Of a stretch of DNA of 64,000 bases, positions 1 to 11,987 are shown piece by piece (the stretch's first letter is position 1; each line of letters opens with the position of its first letter). The stretch covers positions 11,796,985-11,860,984 of the forward strand of contig CM082594.2 in assembly GCA_040954595.2 (NCBI GenBank), written 5' to 3'. The notes beneath the pieces were generated by a model that was not told the DNA's origin, made no database searches, and saw nothing but the letters and a program-made list of their open reading frames with translations. The DNA comes from Balanoglossus misakiensis. Its lineage: Eukaryota; Animalia; Hemichordata. The position numbers and the translations under genes were made by a program.

Positions 1-2361
1 TGAAACTCAACTTTTGTTTTCTTATAATGTCCTTCTGCCAAAATTGTAATTCTTGAAGTGAACGTGGTAAGGACAGTTGCCCTGTTACAATGTAGATGCA
101 AACACCAATTCATTATTCTGAGAGGGTTGTAAGAATTTTTTTGCTGCTTTGCTGTCTTCAAATCAAATTTTAAAATACAGAAATTTACAATTACAGGAAA
201 GAGACATGTTAAAACACTTCAGTATCAAACAGTGTTATTTTATGGCTTCCTTTTTTCTGTATTTATTTAGGAATACTGGTATACTTTTACGATTCCCATA
301 CATTTATTTGTGCAAAATTTGTAAAACTACTAAATATACCACGACTAAAAACAAACTTAGCGTATTCATTTACCCATATGTACCTTGCCAGGATGAAGGG
401 ATAAATATAATTCAAAAGCCATTTAATAAATAAACAAACATGTAAACACATTTTGTGGTGCCAAAACTAATTTGACTTTTTGGAAAAATTATTTACAAAT
501 TATTGAAGGAAGAAAATGTTCTAAACTGAGCGCACTCAACGATTGTTAAACGTTTCACTAAAATGAAAAGCTGTTATGAGTAATTTTATAATTTAAAACT
601 CGGTGACCTTTTGAATAGTTTTTAAAATCTTTTTTTATACAAATCTTCCAAAAGTTTTCAAACCTTATTTGACAATTAACTGTCTTAGATTATAAACAAA
701 TCACCTTTTCCAAATATTAATACAAAAAAAAAACTCTGGTGCACTTTCTGCTACTTGTATGTTGATCAGAGATTCATTTCAAGGAGCAGAGAATTTGTGT
801 CCATTTCAATAATACATTTCACAAAACCTAAAATGTATCAAAATAATGATATACACATACATTGTATGTACATAGTTATATAAAAGTGATAAAAACTGGG
901 GGAAAAAACTCCATCATGTAAATAACCCAGATTAAATGCCATGGTGCGTGGATAATTTTGCAAGGAGTATCCATAAAATTCTTAGACTTACTTGCAAAAC
1001 TCAGACCACAGATTATATACTCCGGGTTTTGCAAGCAAAAAAAATTACACTAGTGTTTGACATACAAGATGGTGGATGAATCAGAAATAGATCGGCAAAC
1101 ATCAGATATAATTAATAATATCACAAGGAAAGCGACAGAAAATTAGTCATTTTTTTCTGGGAAATTGGGACACACCTACCCCTAGCTCAGAACCACCAGG
1201 ACTGGTGTACAGGTAGACCAATTCACGAATGAAGTAAGGGACGAAAATAATCGTCAAAAAAGTGAGAAATCCTGTCAGAAAGGCAGACCTGCCAATTACA
1301 TGAGCCCTCTTGTATAACGACCTTTCATATTTTAACAACCAAATGGTAATAAATTAGCAACAAATGCTGTTACAATGTCAAAATTCCGGCGAAAAATCTA
1401 CCAAAAGAACCAAAAAATTGGCCAAGAAAAAGAACGTTGGTATCGCTCACGCAAGAGTGAGTTTGGGAAAAGAATTCAGTTGTAGAAGTGGAGTGATCGC
1501 GAGAGAAAATGGCCGTTTTAGAACATCTAACATGTCAGAGGGATAATGGCTTTCAGCGTTGTTGTTTTTCAATAAAAGAAATCGGAGATTTTCAACAGCA
1601 ACGTTTCAGAAGGTCGCGATAAAGGGACGCAAATTAAGAGGTATCTCGTCACCATAATAACGGCATTCTGCTTGAAGATCATGTACGGTCACTCTTTCCA
1701 TCGAAATACTTCAAAATTTGGCGTGAACGGCTGTATTTTGTGGCCGAAACGATCGAAAATGAATCGCTCGGGTGTCCACCATTATATTTGCTCTTGTTTT
1801 TTATAAAGGACTCGGGATAAATTAAGAGGCAATTTATGCATGACACGGACAGCGGCGAAAATTCGCCGGTTGCAAACCGCAAACACGCTCCAGCTATGAA
1901 AACTGAAAAATAATATTTCAAACCTTTACTATTTTAACGTCTCTGGCTTATAAGAAGTGAAAGATCTGCGAGAAAATCGGTTAAAGTGGGTGGAAAACCC
2001 GGGCGATTAGCGCGACATAGTGTAGGGACGGCATTATTACAAGTATTTGGGATAGGAAAACACAAACAACGATTGAACGACGCGACCGGCTTGGCCGTCA
2101 AATGGAGCCAAAAATGAATCAAAACAACCCAAAAACACTATAGGACTTCTTTCTTGTGTCACGTAATATTCCACTGTACCATTATTATCCAAAATCTTCC
2201 GAGTTCCAGCGACAATTTTAGCCCTAAAGCGGGCTGGTTTGTTAAAGACTATTTGAGGGCATTTTGAACAAAGTAAAACCGACTCACAACAAAAAACTCG
2301 ATATTTGAACCGAAATTGGCATAAATTTTCCGATCAAGACACCGCAATACGCACACTCACC

Positions 2362-2760
2362 GTCAGCCTGATAGTCCCAGTGTCCACGATTCACTGTTGG
2401 TTTGCCGAAAACTACAGAAAATGCTCTAAAAACCTGCAGAAAGCTGGAGTCCGTTGAATCCGAGAGAATTAGGTTTTTCAGTCAGGTTTTAAGGTTGAGC
2501 GCATGTGGTTCCTTCAGTGTGTGACGTCACGCGGCCTGTAAAACAATGCCAGTGAAAGAAATAATGACTTGTAAGTGACCGCTCGCAGTTTTAAAATCGC
2601 CCTGTGTGCAAGTTTGTCCGTTTTCCACCAGTCCAGTCGTGTGGAAAAGATACAGCAATGTCCAGGAATCGTGTTTAACCCGACGAAAACCAGTTGTTGA
2701 TAAATTATACAGTTGTTAGGCGAGCGGCATAGAGTAGACTACATTCGACAAGCTACACTC
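2362..2760 (-). promoter_or_regulatory. Probable promoter and non-coding first exon of a minus-strand gene that runs off the left edge (divergent from LMBR1)
   Basis: CpG-rich stretch; palindromic CRE TGACGTCA at 2522-2529; GCGCATGTG (NRF1-like) near 2498; ACTACA-type motif near 2738; minus-strand donor ACG|gtgagt near 2360 with no ATG in the putative exon. No coding exon was found to the left. Confidence 0.35.
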
Positions 2761-3538
2761 GATTCAGACCCATAGTCTTTTTAAATACCCCTTTGTGTCC
2801 ATTGCTATAATTCTTTATTCTGTGGCTTTTCGGTTGACACGGCCTCTGTGTTCAGTGAACAAAAAAACAAGACTTTCGATCACGCGTTGAATATACTGGC
2901 ATACCAGACAGGGTTATCCACAGTGCCAAAATTGTGAGGAATAAGTTCGTTGGCGGGAAAAATACATTTCCGCTTGATGGGTTGACGTGTTATTTTCGCG
3001 CTGGAACCGCACTCGAAATGGACTTCCGAAGTCTAATGAAGACATGAAACGTACACTTCTAAAATAAATCTCTGAAACGTACATGTAAACTTGTGTGGTG
3101 TTGCATCCTTTATGCTCTCTACCTCGATATTTGCACACACACGTAATAGGCTTTGACACGACATGAACGTGAGTGGGTGAATATACCCATCGATACAAAC
3201 GTAAACTGTACAGTGCCCTCTAAACAACATTACCACCAGTGATTTTTATTACTTGAGGTTTAGATAGGCAGCCATATTATGAACTAATCGGTTATCTGCG
3301 GGTTCCAACAGATCAGTCACGCATTTTTTCCGTCTCTCTCCTTGAGCAGTTGATGAGCTAGCTGAGCATCGACAAAACTAGCCTGCAAAAATACCTGTAC
3401 CATACAAAAAAATAATATTGAGAGAAGAATGATCATAGATTCATTAACATTGTTGCTCAACTAAATCGCCAAACAAACATTTACATCAATCGGTGAATTA
3501 ATCAAGAAATAAAATAAAATATATATATAAATATAGGG

Positions 3539-3624
3539 TTGATTGATTGATTGATTGATATTAATTAATTAATTAATTAATTGACTGACTGACTGACTGA
3601 CTGACTGACTGACTGGTTGATTGA
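3539..3624. repeat. Compound tetranucleotide microsatellite (GATT)n-(TTAA)n-(GACT)n
   Basis: Directly visible consecutive runs of gatt, ttaa and gact units. Confidence 0.9.
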
Positions 3625-4476
3625 ATGTTAGATTGATTTATGTTAATCAACTAATTACAAAGTGAGATTTTGCCAGGAAACTGAATGTATGAAAAAGATC
3701 CATTTTGTTAAAGTGACATTGTTGTACTAGGATATTGTGCGATAGGAAGAACCACTGATTTAGACAAGGATTTTTTCAATATTTCGTGATTTGAGGCAAA
3801 AAGCGCCCCGGTCACGGTGGCAAGGTGGAGGTTTAAGTTTTAAAAGAAAGTTATAGTTCTGTTATAACTCTAGAGGGCGCCATTCATTTAACAAGTGTGT
3901 AAAATACAAAATACATGTACAAACCAACCAGCGGAGAAAAAAAAAAACTTTTTGCTGATCCTCAAGTATTGTTTTTTAACTCCGCTTGTACCAAATGCTG
4001 CTTATGCTAAATTGTGCTTTGTTGTGTACAGTATACTACAGTCAGACCCCTTTACCATGGTGCAAGGTTATTCGTCCATTGGTCCAAGATGACACGAATA
4101 TTTCCCCCATATCATTTTCACAAGTAATTTTATTATTCTATCAAGATCCCTCTATGGATATAGGGGCCGTGATTCTATGAATCAATACTTTTGTCCACGT
4201 TGCCAACGTACGAATACTCGACACGTCAGAAAACAAGCGAAACAAGAATGAATCGATGTCACGCGCGTCCATGTCAAAAGCAGGTCACCAGGTCAATGTT
4301 TAAACCACGTAAGATCACGCGGAATGCGAGACGAGACCAACAGCAGACCGCAAAAGACCAGTTTTGCACGACACTATGTGAATGTTTTGCTCTATTTTCC
4401 AGCGATCTGATGATGAGACTTGAACGATTTGGCCAGATCTTTTTCTGTGTTGACCAGACATAGCTATATAGAGAGA

Positions 4477-7400
4477 ATGGAATCAGAATGGGATAGCAGG
4501 GAACAGCATTTCTTGGATGCCGTAAGGGAAAACATCGTAAGTACTACAACTTGTGTAGCTCCCCCCCCCCCCCCAATTTTGTAAACAATAATTTGTTGTC
4601 GTTCGGTCCGCATTTGAGAACGTCATGCATCGCAGGCCAGGGCTGGGGAGGAACGCATCGCGTATATTTTTAGGGAGGGTGGTGTTCTTCTGTTACTTGA
4701 TATTCGAGAAATAGCAAGCAAAATGTATTAATATTTTTGTTTGGACTTGGAGTGCACCGGGGATCGTACTAATAATATTCATTCGAAAAATTGGAAAGTG
4801 GTATCTGTACACCACGCAAGATGATTTGCCAGGTTTATTACGAAATTCACCACCCTCCGCCCCTATCAATGACGACATGCAACCATGGCACGTCGATTTC
4901 ATGATGTAACTTCTCGTCAAAGTGAGACTTCGACCCCAGGCAGACATCTAGTTATTTTATTGTAACAAACAAAAATATGATCAAAATGTTCATGCACAAC
5001 TGAATATTTTATTCCAGATAATAATTTAATATTATATAAATAAAAATCACCTTTTATCTGGTATTCCCAATCCACTTGATATTTCCAGTCACACAAATTG
5101 TCCTAAATATAGCAAATTTCTGACAAATTCCAGACGGTGGAATTACCATGTGTAACACACTTCATTGTACCTTTGGACCGACCATTTGCATAAAATGTTA
5201 ATTTCTGAGTGAGTCATTTCTTTATACCAGAAACTGAGAAAGCCATGAAATCAGCCACACTTTCACATCTCTTCATATTTCCTTGTTTGAAATACAATCA
5301 CGTTTGTATTTTTGTAAATTTCACACGTCAACAATGAATGTAATTGTTAAGCTGATATCACACTAGCTACTTAAATTATAATACAAATCTTGAGAATATC
5401 ATAGCCAAGGTACTGTACATGTTCATTCTGAAATCTAGTTTGCTATATAACACTGGCTTTGTCTTTTATTTTTCCCCATAACATAAAAATTCAAGGAGTC
5501 ACAAATGATTACTGTAGGGGTCAGGCCAAGGCCATTGTCAAGGTTGTGTATGTTGTCATACATGGTATCAAAGTGTGCCTTTTAAAACTTCCTTTTGTAC
5601 TGACACTATTCATATTGGCTGGATCTCTAAAGTGCAATTTATATAATTGATTTCAGTTGGAGTTTAATTAATAATTGCCTTGGTGTTGGCAGATAAATGC
5701 ATGGAAATCAGTTGCAACATAAATTTAGTGAGAGACAATGCCATAAAACTGTTGTTGTTTTTTACACAACAGCAACGGATGAAACGAAACTTGTCTCAGA
5801 CAATTCAGCCATATCAAAATGCACGTAGAGTGTCTGTACAACCAAAGCTGCCTGTGTGCAAGGTAACAGCAGGTGAATTAGATAATACATGTTTATAAAT
5901 GTACTACAGACAGGTGAATGACTTCACTGTAAAGTACGTCACTCACTGTGTTATCTCCATGTGGTACCTTGTCCCTTTAACCCTTTCACCTCTCATTTTG
6001 CGAGATGGGTCCAACCCTACCCATGAAAACAATAGAGGTAGAACAAACAGTGGGTGGTGAAAGGGTATCAGTGGGAGGTCAACAATGAAGGTCACCTTGC
6101 TATCAAAATCATGTGGACAGACCAAAGTCTGAAAAGCACGCAGGAAACTCTTAATAAGCCAAATTGATATAGATGAGGCAAAATGGGCAAATCTCAAAGG
6201 GTTTTTCATCATTTGCCTGTGACCTCGTGGTTAATTTAATTTAGAATGTTATCAAAAGTGAATGGTATTATCTTAATTAGTGCTTGCCTGGTAACAAGCT
6301 TATTATGCAATGAAGATTAGGGAAATACTAGTGCTCCCTACCAAAGGGCTGAGATAAGTACATTGTACCCATATCCTTTAAAATCATAATTATGCATTAA
6401 CCATTGGCTAAATATTACATGTAGTAGTCTGATTAAAGAACCAAATCCAGTATTAGCAGATGATGGACTGTAATCCTAAGATCAGGGGGTCATTGTCCTG
6501 GGCCACACCAGACAGTGAACACAGTTCATGGAGTATTAATTTCAAATTAAAAAAGTGGAAAATATCTTCTTGTCAATAATGTCAAAGATGACAGTTTTCA
6601 CTTGGAGTCAATCGTGCATTAGTGGTGTTTGGTCAACCCAGGCGCTCAAGCATCTATTCAAGTTTAATCAGGTACACATGTACAAATGTATAGACACATA
6701 GAGAACTTCAAGCATCAGAAATATTTGAATACAATGTACGTTTGCTCCTGACTCTCTCACAACTCCTTCACACTTGTCACATGGCTACTCAAGTGCCTTT
6801 AATATCCTTCTATGCCAGGCTCAGCTGGGTAGGCAACCTACTATAGTTTCATAAGCAATGCTATGCTGGTTCTCAGAACACATTTCATGCATACCCAAAC
6901 CAGCAAAGTAGTTTAACATACTTGTTGATTGAGCAAGGTCATGTCAGCAGGGTTCCAGGCCAAATTGGTGTGTTGCATAATGTCTATATGGTTATGTCTG
7001 ACATACTGGTACAAATAAGACCGTGCAGAAGTTAGGTGACAAAATCAATCAATGTGGGTATTAAAGATGTAATTTTCTCATCATCATGTTTTGCTTTTTA
7101 TCTTTTCTAGATATCGGGATTGTTGTTGACAAGCCTGTACATCTTGTCATATTTTGTGATTTGCCGGTTTAGAAGACGGACTGAGAAAGAGGATTGTTAC
7201 ACAAGTAAGCAATCATTTATTTTAATTTGTGAGACACATCTGATGTTGTGTCCACAAATTTCAGCAGATGACTTCCCTGTGAATTGTGGGAGATAAAATG
7301 AACCAAGGCATGTGATGGAGTCGTTTGACTATAAGTCTGCATCCTATCCATGGTGTTAATGATGGTTAGCACGAAAGTGTGCGTGGAGCCTAGGCCAAGA

Positions 7401-10400
7401 TGCAATTTGATCTCTGACTGCAGACCACCAATTTTAGAACTACTCGGATCCCTAAAGGTTGAGTTGTACAAGCACTGGTGTTGATGTTGCCACATCTGCT
7501 CCTGTGGATGTACACACAATGACAGATGGATGGAAATGGAATGTGTTTTCTGTAAATAACTTAGCATGGACCCACAGAAAGTACAGAGGAATGAGGCTTG
7601 GGAATATGCCAGAATTGATGTCACCGAAGTGTTAACACAACTTTATCCAGCGCAAAAATGTACAACGTACCCACATCAGTTTCCTGCAGATCATAGGAGA
7701 CCTAGGCTACATGAAATAAATTTCAGGCAGCTGTCATAGATCATGATGATTTAATCCTGCACAGCTGAAAACTATTTTATTGTATCTTTCTTTCCTACTA
7801 AAACCTCAGCATCATTCTGGCCAGTTATTAGTGTAACCAAAGTATGAAAAAAGATGGAATCATATTCAATATAATTTATAATGTGATGGTATTTTATTTT
7901 ATTTTTGTTAGCTGATGATGAGGATGCAATGGTTTACAAGATTGCAATATGGATCTGCACATTTACATTGGCCGTGTCAGTGGGGGCCGTTCTTTTGCTG
8001 CCAATATCCATCATCACCAATGAGGTTTTACTCACCTATCCCAAAAGTTATTACGTCAAATGGCTGAATGAGTCATTAATACATGGTAAGAACTGCTTTT
8101 CAAAATCCTCCTTACAAATGCATTATTTAATTTCCTTTTTATTGTAAAAGCTTGTGAAGCTGATTTAGATTTTTTTTACATTGATGACCAAAGTGCCATT
8201 GCAAGAATTTGATATGAGTTTTGCATTATAATGGTAATTAATGAATTGAATGACTCATACCCATAGATGTATTTTGTGAACAGTAATGGCTGTAGTGTCT
8301 GTGTTGTGTCGATTTGTGATGTGACAATTGTAGAATAAAAACAGAAATAGATTTCAATTAAAATAGAAAATTTCCTCAAAATGCTATCATTCATCCAGTT
8401 TCGCCAATAATTTTATTTTTAACATGTTCATTGTGACAGGTTTATGGAATCAAATTTTCTTATCCTCAAACCTTGCGCTGTTTATACTCATACCATTTGC
8501 CTATTTTCTGACTGAATCCGAAGGCTTTGCGGGGTCAAAAAAGGTGAGTTGGTTGTATGAATGGTCATTTGTGAACAGAGAAAACTTTGGATTTTGCCAC
8601 ATTGAACAGATCTTATATTGAACTAAACTGTGAACACATGACAGCCACTGCAGCATAATTTGATTTCTGATTTCCAGCATGCTACTCTAATAGAAATTTA
8701 TTTTTCATTGAATATGCATTACCTAGTCTAGAGTGGCACCCTGATCATAATGAGTGTGGTGAATTCCTGACATGAGGCGTTTTTGTTTACCATCTGGTCT
8801 TGCAATTAAGACTCAAAATAACCTGTTAGCTAAATGACATGACTATGTTATTGATTTCCATATTGTAGTGACAAATATATCTTTGTGGATATTTATTATT
8901 AATAGGAATCCTAGTATATTGATTAAGCTTGAGCCACTGGTGACCTCTAAAATGCTCATGTGGTTGAATGCTTTCTCCTGTTAGGGTATCAAGGCACGGA
9001 TCTATGAGACAGTGGTTGTGTTACTTCTCCTAGGTATGCTAGTCTTTGGTTTTACAGTGGTGCTGTCTGCATTACTAGATGTGGATAAAGTAACTGAAGA
9101 GTCCATAAGTGGTGAGTTACATGTTATCTGGTTATCATGACCTGAACTTGTTTCCTCACTTTTTGCTCTGCTCAGATCTAGGCCACTGGTCACTTTGACA
9201 TTAACACTGTCAACTGTGGCAATGTCAACATCATCTCAGTTTGCCCAAAGACATCATCAAATGTTAATCCTGCATTTTTCGGTAGATTTCACGTGGTGTG
9301 AGTAGCTATTGATCTCGGATCAGATAGCAGATGATGACAGTACTTAGCTTTGAAGAGATGTTTATATTTGATATGGAACTATTTTAAAATGATGTCATCA
9401 GATCAGAACCTGGAAGTGTCAAATGACAGAGGAAATATGCTACATGCATGAATTGTCAAAATTTATCATCATCTAAATTGTTTATTCAGTATACATTTCC
9501 AATTTATCTTATTTATATAACTGATTTTCAAAAAACAAAATGCTATGTTATATCAGCTGTGTGATGACGGCCAAATAATTATATGAAGTTGCTATTTTGA
9601 GACTTGTGGCAGTTTAGTGAAGGCTTAAAATGTCAAAGTTTGCATGTCCAAAGTCTAAGGAATCATATGTTGAAATGCATAGAAACTAGAAACTGTGAAC
9701 AATTTTGCCACCCAGCTGTCACGTCTGTTTTGACAGTCATCCGAAACTTCTATTGCTTTTCTTGTCATTTGATAGTGTTATTAAATAGAAATGAAAATAA
9801 AAAATTGACTGCCACAGTTTCCTCGTCAACATGCCTTTAATATGCTGTAGTGGATATGAATTATACCATGGATTAATGGTTCCGTTTAAAGCAAATTATA
9901 TATCCCACTCCTTAATTTCAAATTCTTTATGTAACTCTTTTTCATGTATTCTTACAGATTTCTGGGATTATTACCTGCCATATCTTTATTCTTGCATTTC
10001 TCTGCTTGGAGTTCTGATGTTGCTTAGTAAGTATTGTCTTATTTTGATGTTTATTGGCGCGGTGATATATTGTGGTTTACTCCTACGCCTCCTAACACAC
10101 TTTGTCAGGAGACTAATCTGTAATCAGCACTGACATGCATTTGTCTGCCTCGAGAATACAAGATAAGTCCTCGTAAATTGAATGATTCTAGATGTATAGT
10201 CATCTAGATGAGCATTGATGGTGGTACCTGCATAGCCATTACCATGTAATGGTCAGGTTTCCACTCCCTGTGAATGCAATTATTTCAAAATGACCTCCTT
10301 ATGGCCATTATACCTGTATCTCTGTGTGATATTAGTTCTGGTTTATCTTCTACTGTCTGTGGCCGGTTTGTGCCATAAACTTCCAAATGCATGTTTTCTA

Positions 10401-11987
10401 AATATCAGTAATCTCTGTCCTTCCCATGATGCTTTGTTCCTTTAGTTTCCACACCACTGGGATTTACACGGATGTTTTCAGTCATCGGCCAGTTGGTGGT
10501 GAAACCTCAATTTATGCAAGATTTAGATGATGAATTTCATTCTGCCAAGTTTGAAGAAGACAACATCACCAGAAAACTGCAAGGCGAGTATTATGTATAA
10601 TTTCTTAGTTTTTAGAACAACGCTTTTGAAAGTTCTCAGACTCATTTGATGTAACCTGAACATTAGGTAATGGGGTGAAAGATTTATACGATTGATTAGT
10701 GACTTTTTCCAATTTTATATATCCCCCCATGCAGATCATACAGGCAACCATTTACACCAGAATGGGCAGAACAATCTGCGAAGACGTCTCAAAGAAGTAC
10801 GCAAAGAAAGGAAAGAACTTGAAAGAAAACAGAAGGCATCACCCTTACAGAGAAATGTAGTCTATCCCTTGCTTTGGTTGTTTTTGTTTGTGTTGACTGT
10901 GATATCGCTCTGTATGGTCGGACTGAATATATTTCGACTACTGCTTGGGTATGGATCTTTGCCAGGGGGAGTCAATGTAAGTATATATTGTATTGTATAT
11001 TCTGTGAAATATAATACACTATGGGATTTTTAACCTACATTTTCTAATGCAAATTCTATCTTGTTTCTGATAGGAACTTGCCCTGGGTAAGGCTTCACTC
11101 TCATCACTAGGATCCATAGGTGCTGCCATAGAAGTATTACTCATCTTGTATCCTTTATATTTATTTGTCAGATGTTTGCATTTGTAGATGGTAGTTAGAG
11201 AGTTCTGATTTGGACGAGGGAGAACTTTGACAGATTGAGTGGAAATTAGATCTTCAGATTCAAATACAAAGTGCACATTCATTAGCTCTAAGATTATCCA
11301 GGAATCATTTAGATTGAGACACAGACAATTGGTCTTCAGTGATCTGAATTCAGTCAGCTACAGACAGCAAAGGTAAATCTGTTGTTTAGAACACATCCTC
11401 CTTGACATGAATGTACAGATATGTAATGTCTGCTTCACTAGTTGGTTTCTACAGCGTACCTTGGTTCAAATGGTTGAGTCCCAAACACAAAGACACTGCC
11501 ATGACAAAGATCCTTGCAAACTCCACTGTGTTGTTGATACTCAGTTCAGCTTTGCCCTTGCTATCAAGGAGTATCGGTAAGTTATTTCAACTGTGCTATT
11601 CAAAACTGTAAGCCCAAATGCAGAAAGGATGGGGAGAGACTTTTGAGACAATAAAGAAATTGTCTGTTTGGCCAAATATTGTTAATTTTTTTCCAAATAA
11701 TATGATCTGGATTTGTTTCTTCTCAAGGAATCACAAATTTTGACCTGCTTGGTGATTTTGGACGCATCGACTGGCTGGGCAATTTCTACATTGTCTTTGG
11801 CTACAATGCAGCATTTGGTGTGGCCACAGCATTCTGCCTTGTCAACAAGTTCACAGTGACCATGCGAGACTATCTGTTGATGAGATTGGGGCTGTATCAG
11901 AACCGAGACAAATCTCTGCCAGCAAGCAATCCTCTCTCTGTCGCTGTCAATGGAAGAAGAAGCCTTAAACCACAGAATGTGGAGTGA
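4477..11987 (+). CDS. LMBR1: Limb region 1 protein homolog (LMBR1/LMBR1L family multipass membrane protein), 11 coding exons, ~499 aa
   Basis: Exons 4477-4536, 7111-7204, 7912-8085, 8440-8543, 8985-9111, 9958-10026, 10446-10583, 10735-10976, 11074-11147, 11419-11576, 11728-11987 join in frame (1500 nt). Peptides MESEWDSREQHFLDAVRENI, FTLAVSVGAVLLLPISIITNEVLL, YYVKWLNESLIHGLWN, FLTESEGFAGSKKG, YLPYLYSCISLLG, LILSSALPLLSRSIGITNFDLLGDFG match the LMBR1 family as I recall it. Confidence 0.95.
10584..10734 (+). other. GC-AG intron in LMBR1
   Basis: The frame needs a phase-1 junction (CAA G|AT CAT). The phase-1 donor at that point is AAG|GCGAGT; the nearby GT (GA|gtatta) is phase 2 and breaks the frame. 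Confidence 0.75.
11148..11418 (+). other. U12-type (minor spliceosome) GT-AG intron in LMBR1
   Basis: Donor GTATCCTTT; branch site TCCTTGAC at 11399-11406, about 13 nt from the 3' AG; no polypyrimidine tract; splicing restores LI-L-YVMSASLVGFYS. Confidence 0.9.

Noticed and set aside
991-1035. 10-bp inverted repeat cttgcaaaac...gttttgcaag
   Set aside because: Too short and isolated to define an element.
6456-6510. tRNA-like stretch ggactgtaatcctaagatcagggggtca
   Set aside because: No complete cloverleaf or clear B box; at most a very eroded SINE head.
7217-7624. 135-aa minus-strand ORF in LMBR1 intron 2
   Set aside because: No domain, no splice-consistent partners; within chance for this window.
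4537-9957. ZRS-like Shh limb enhancer in LMBR1 introns
   Set aside because: ZRS is a vertebrate element; these introns are short and I see no recognisable similarity.
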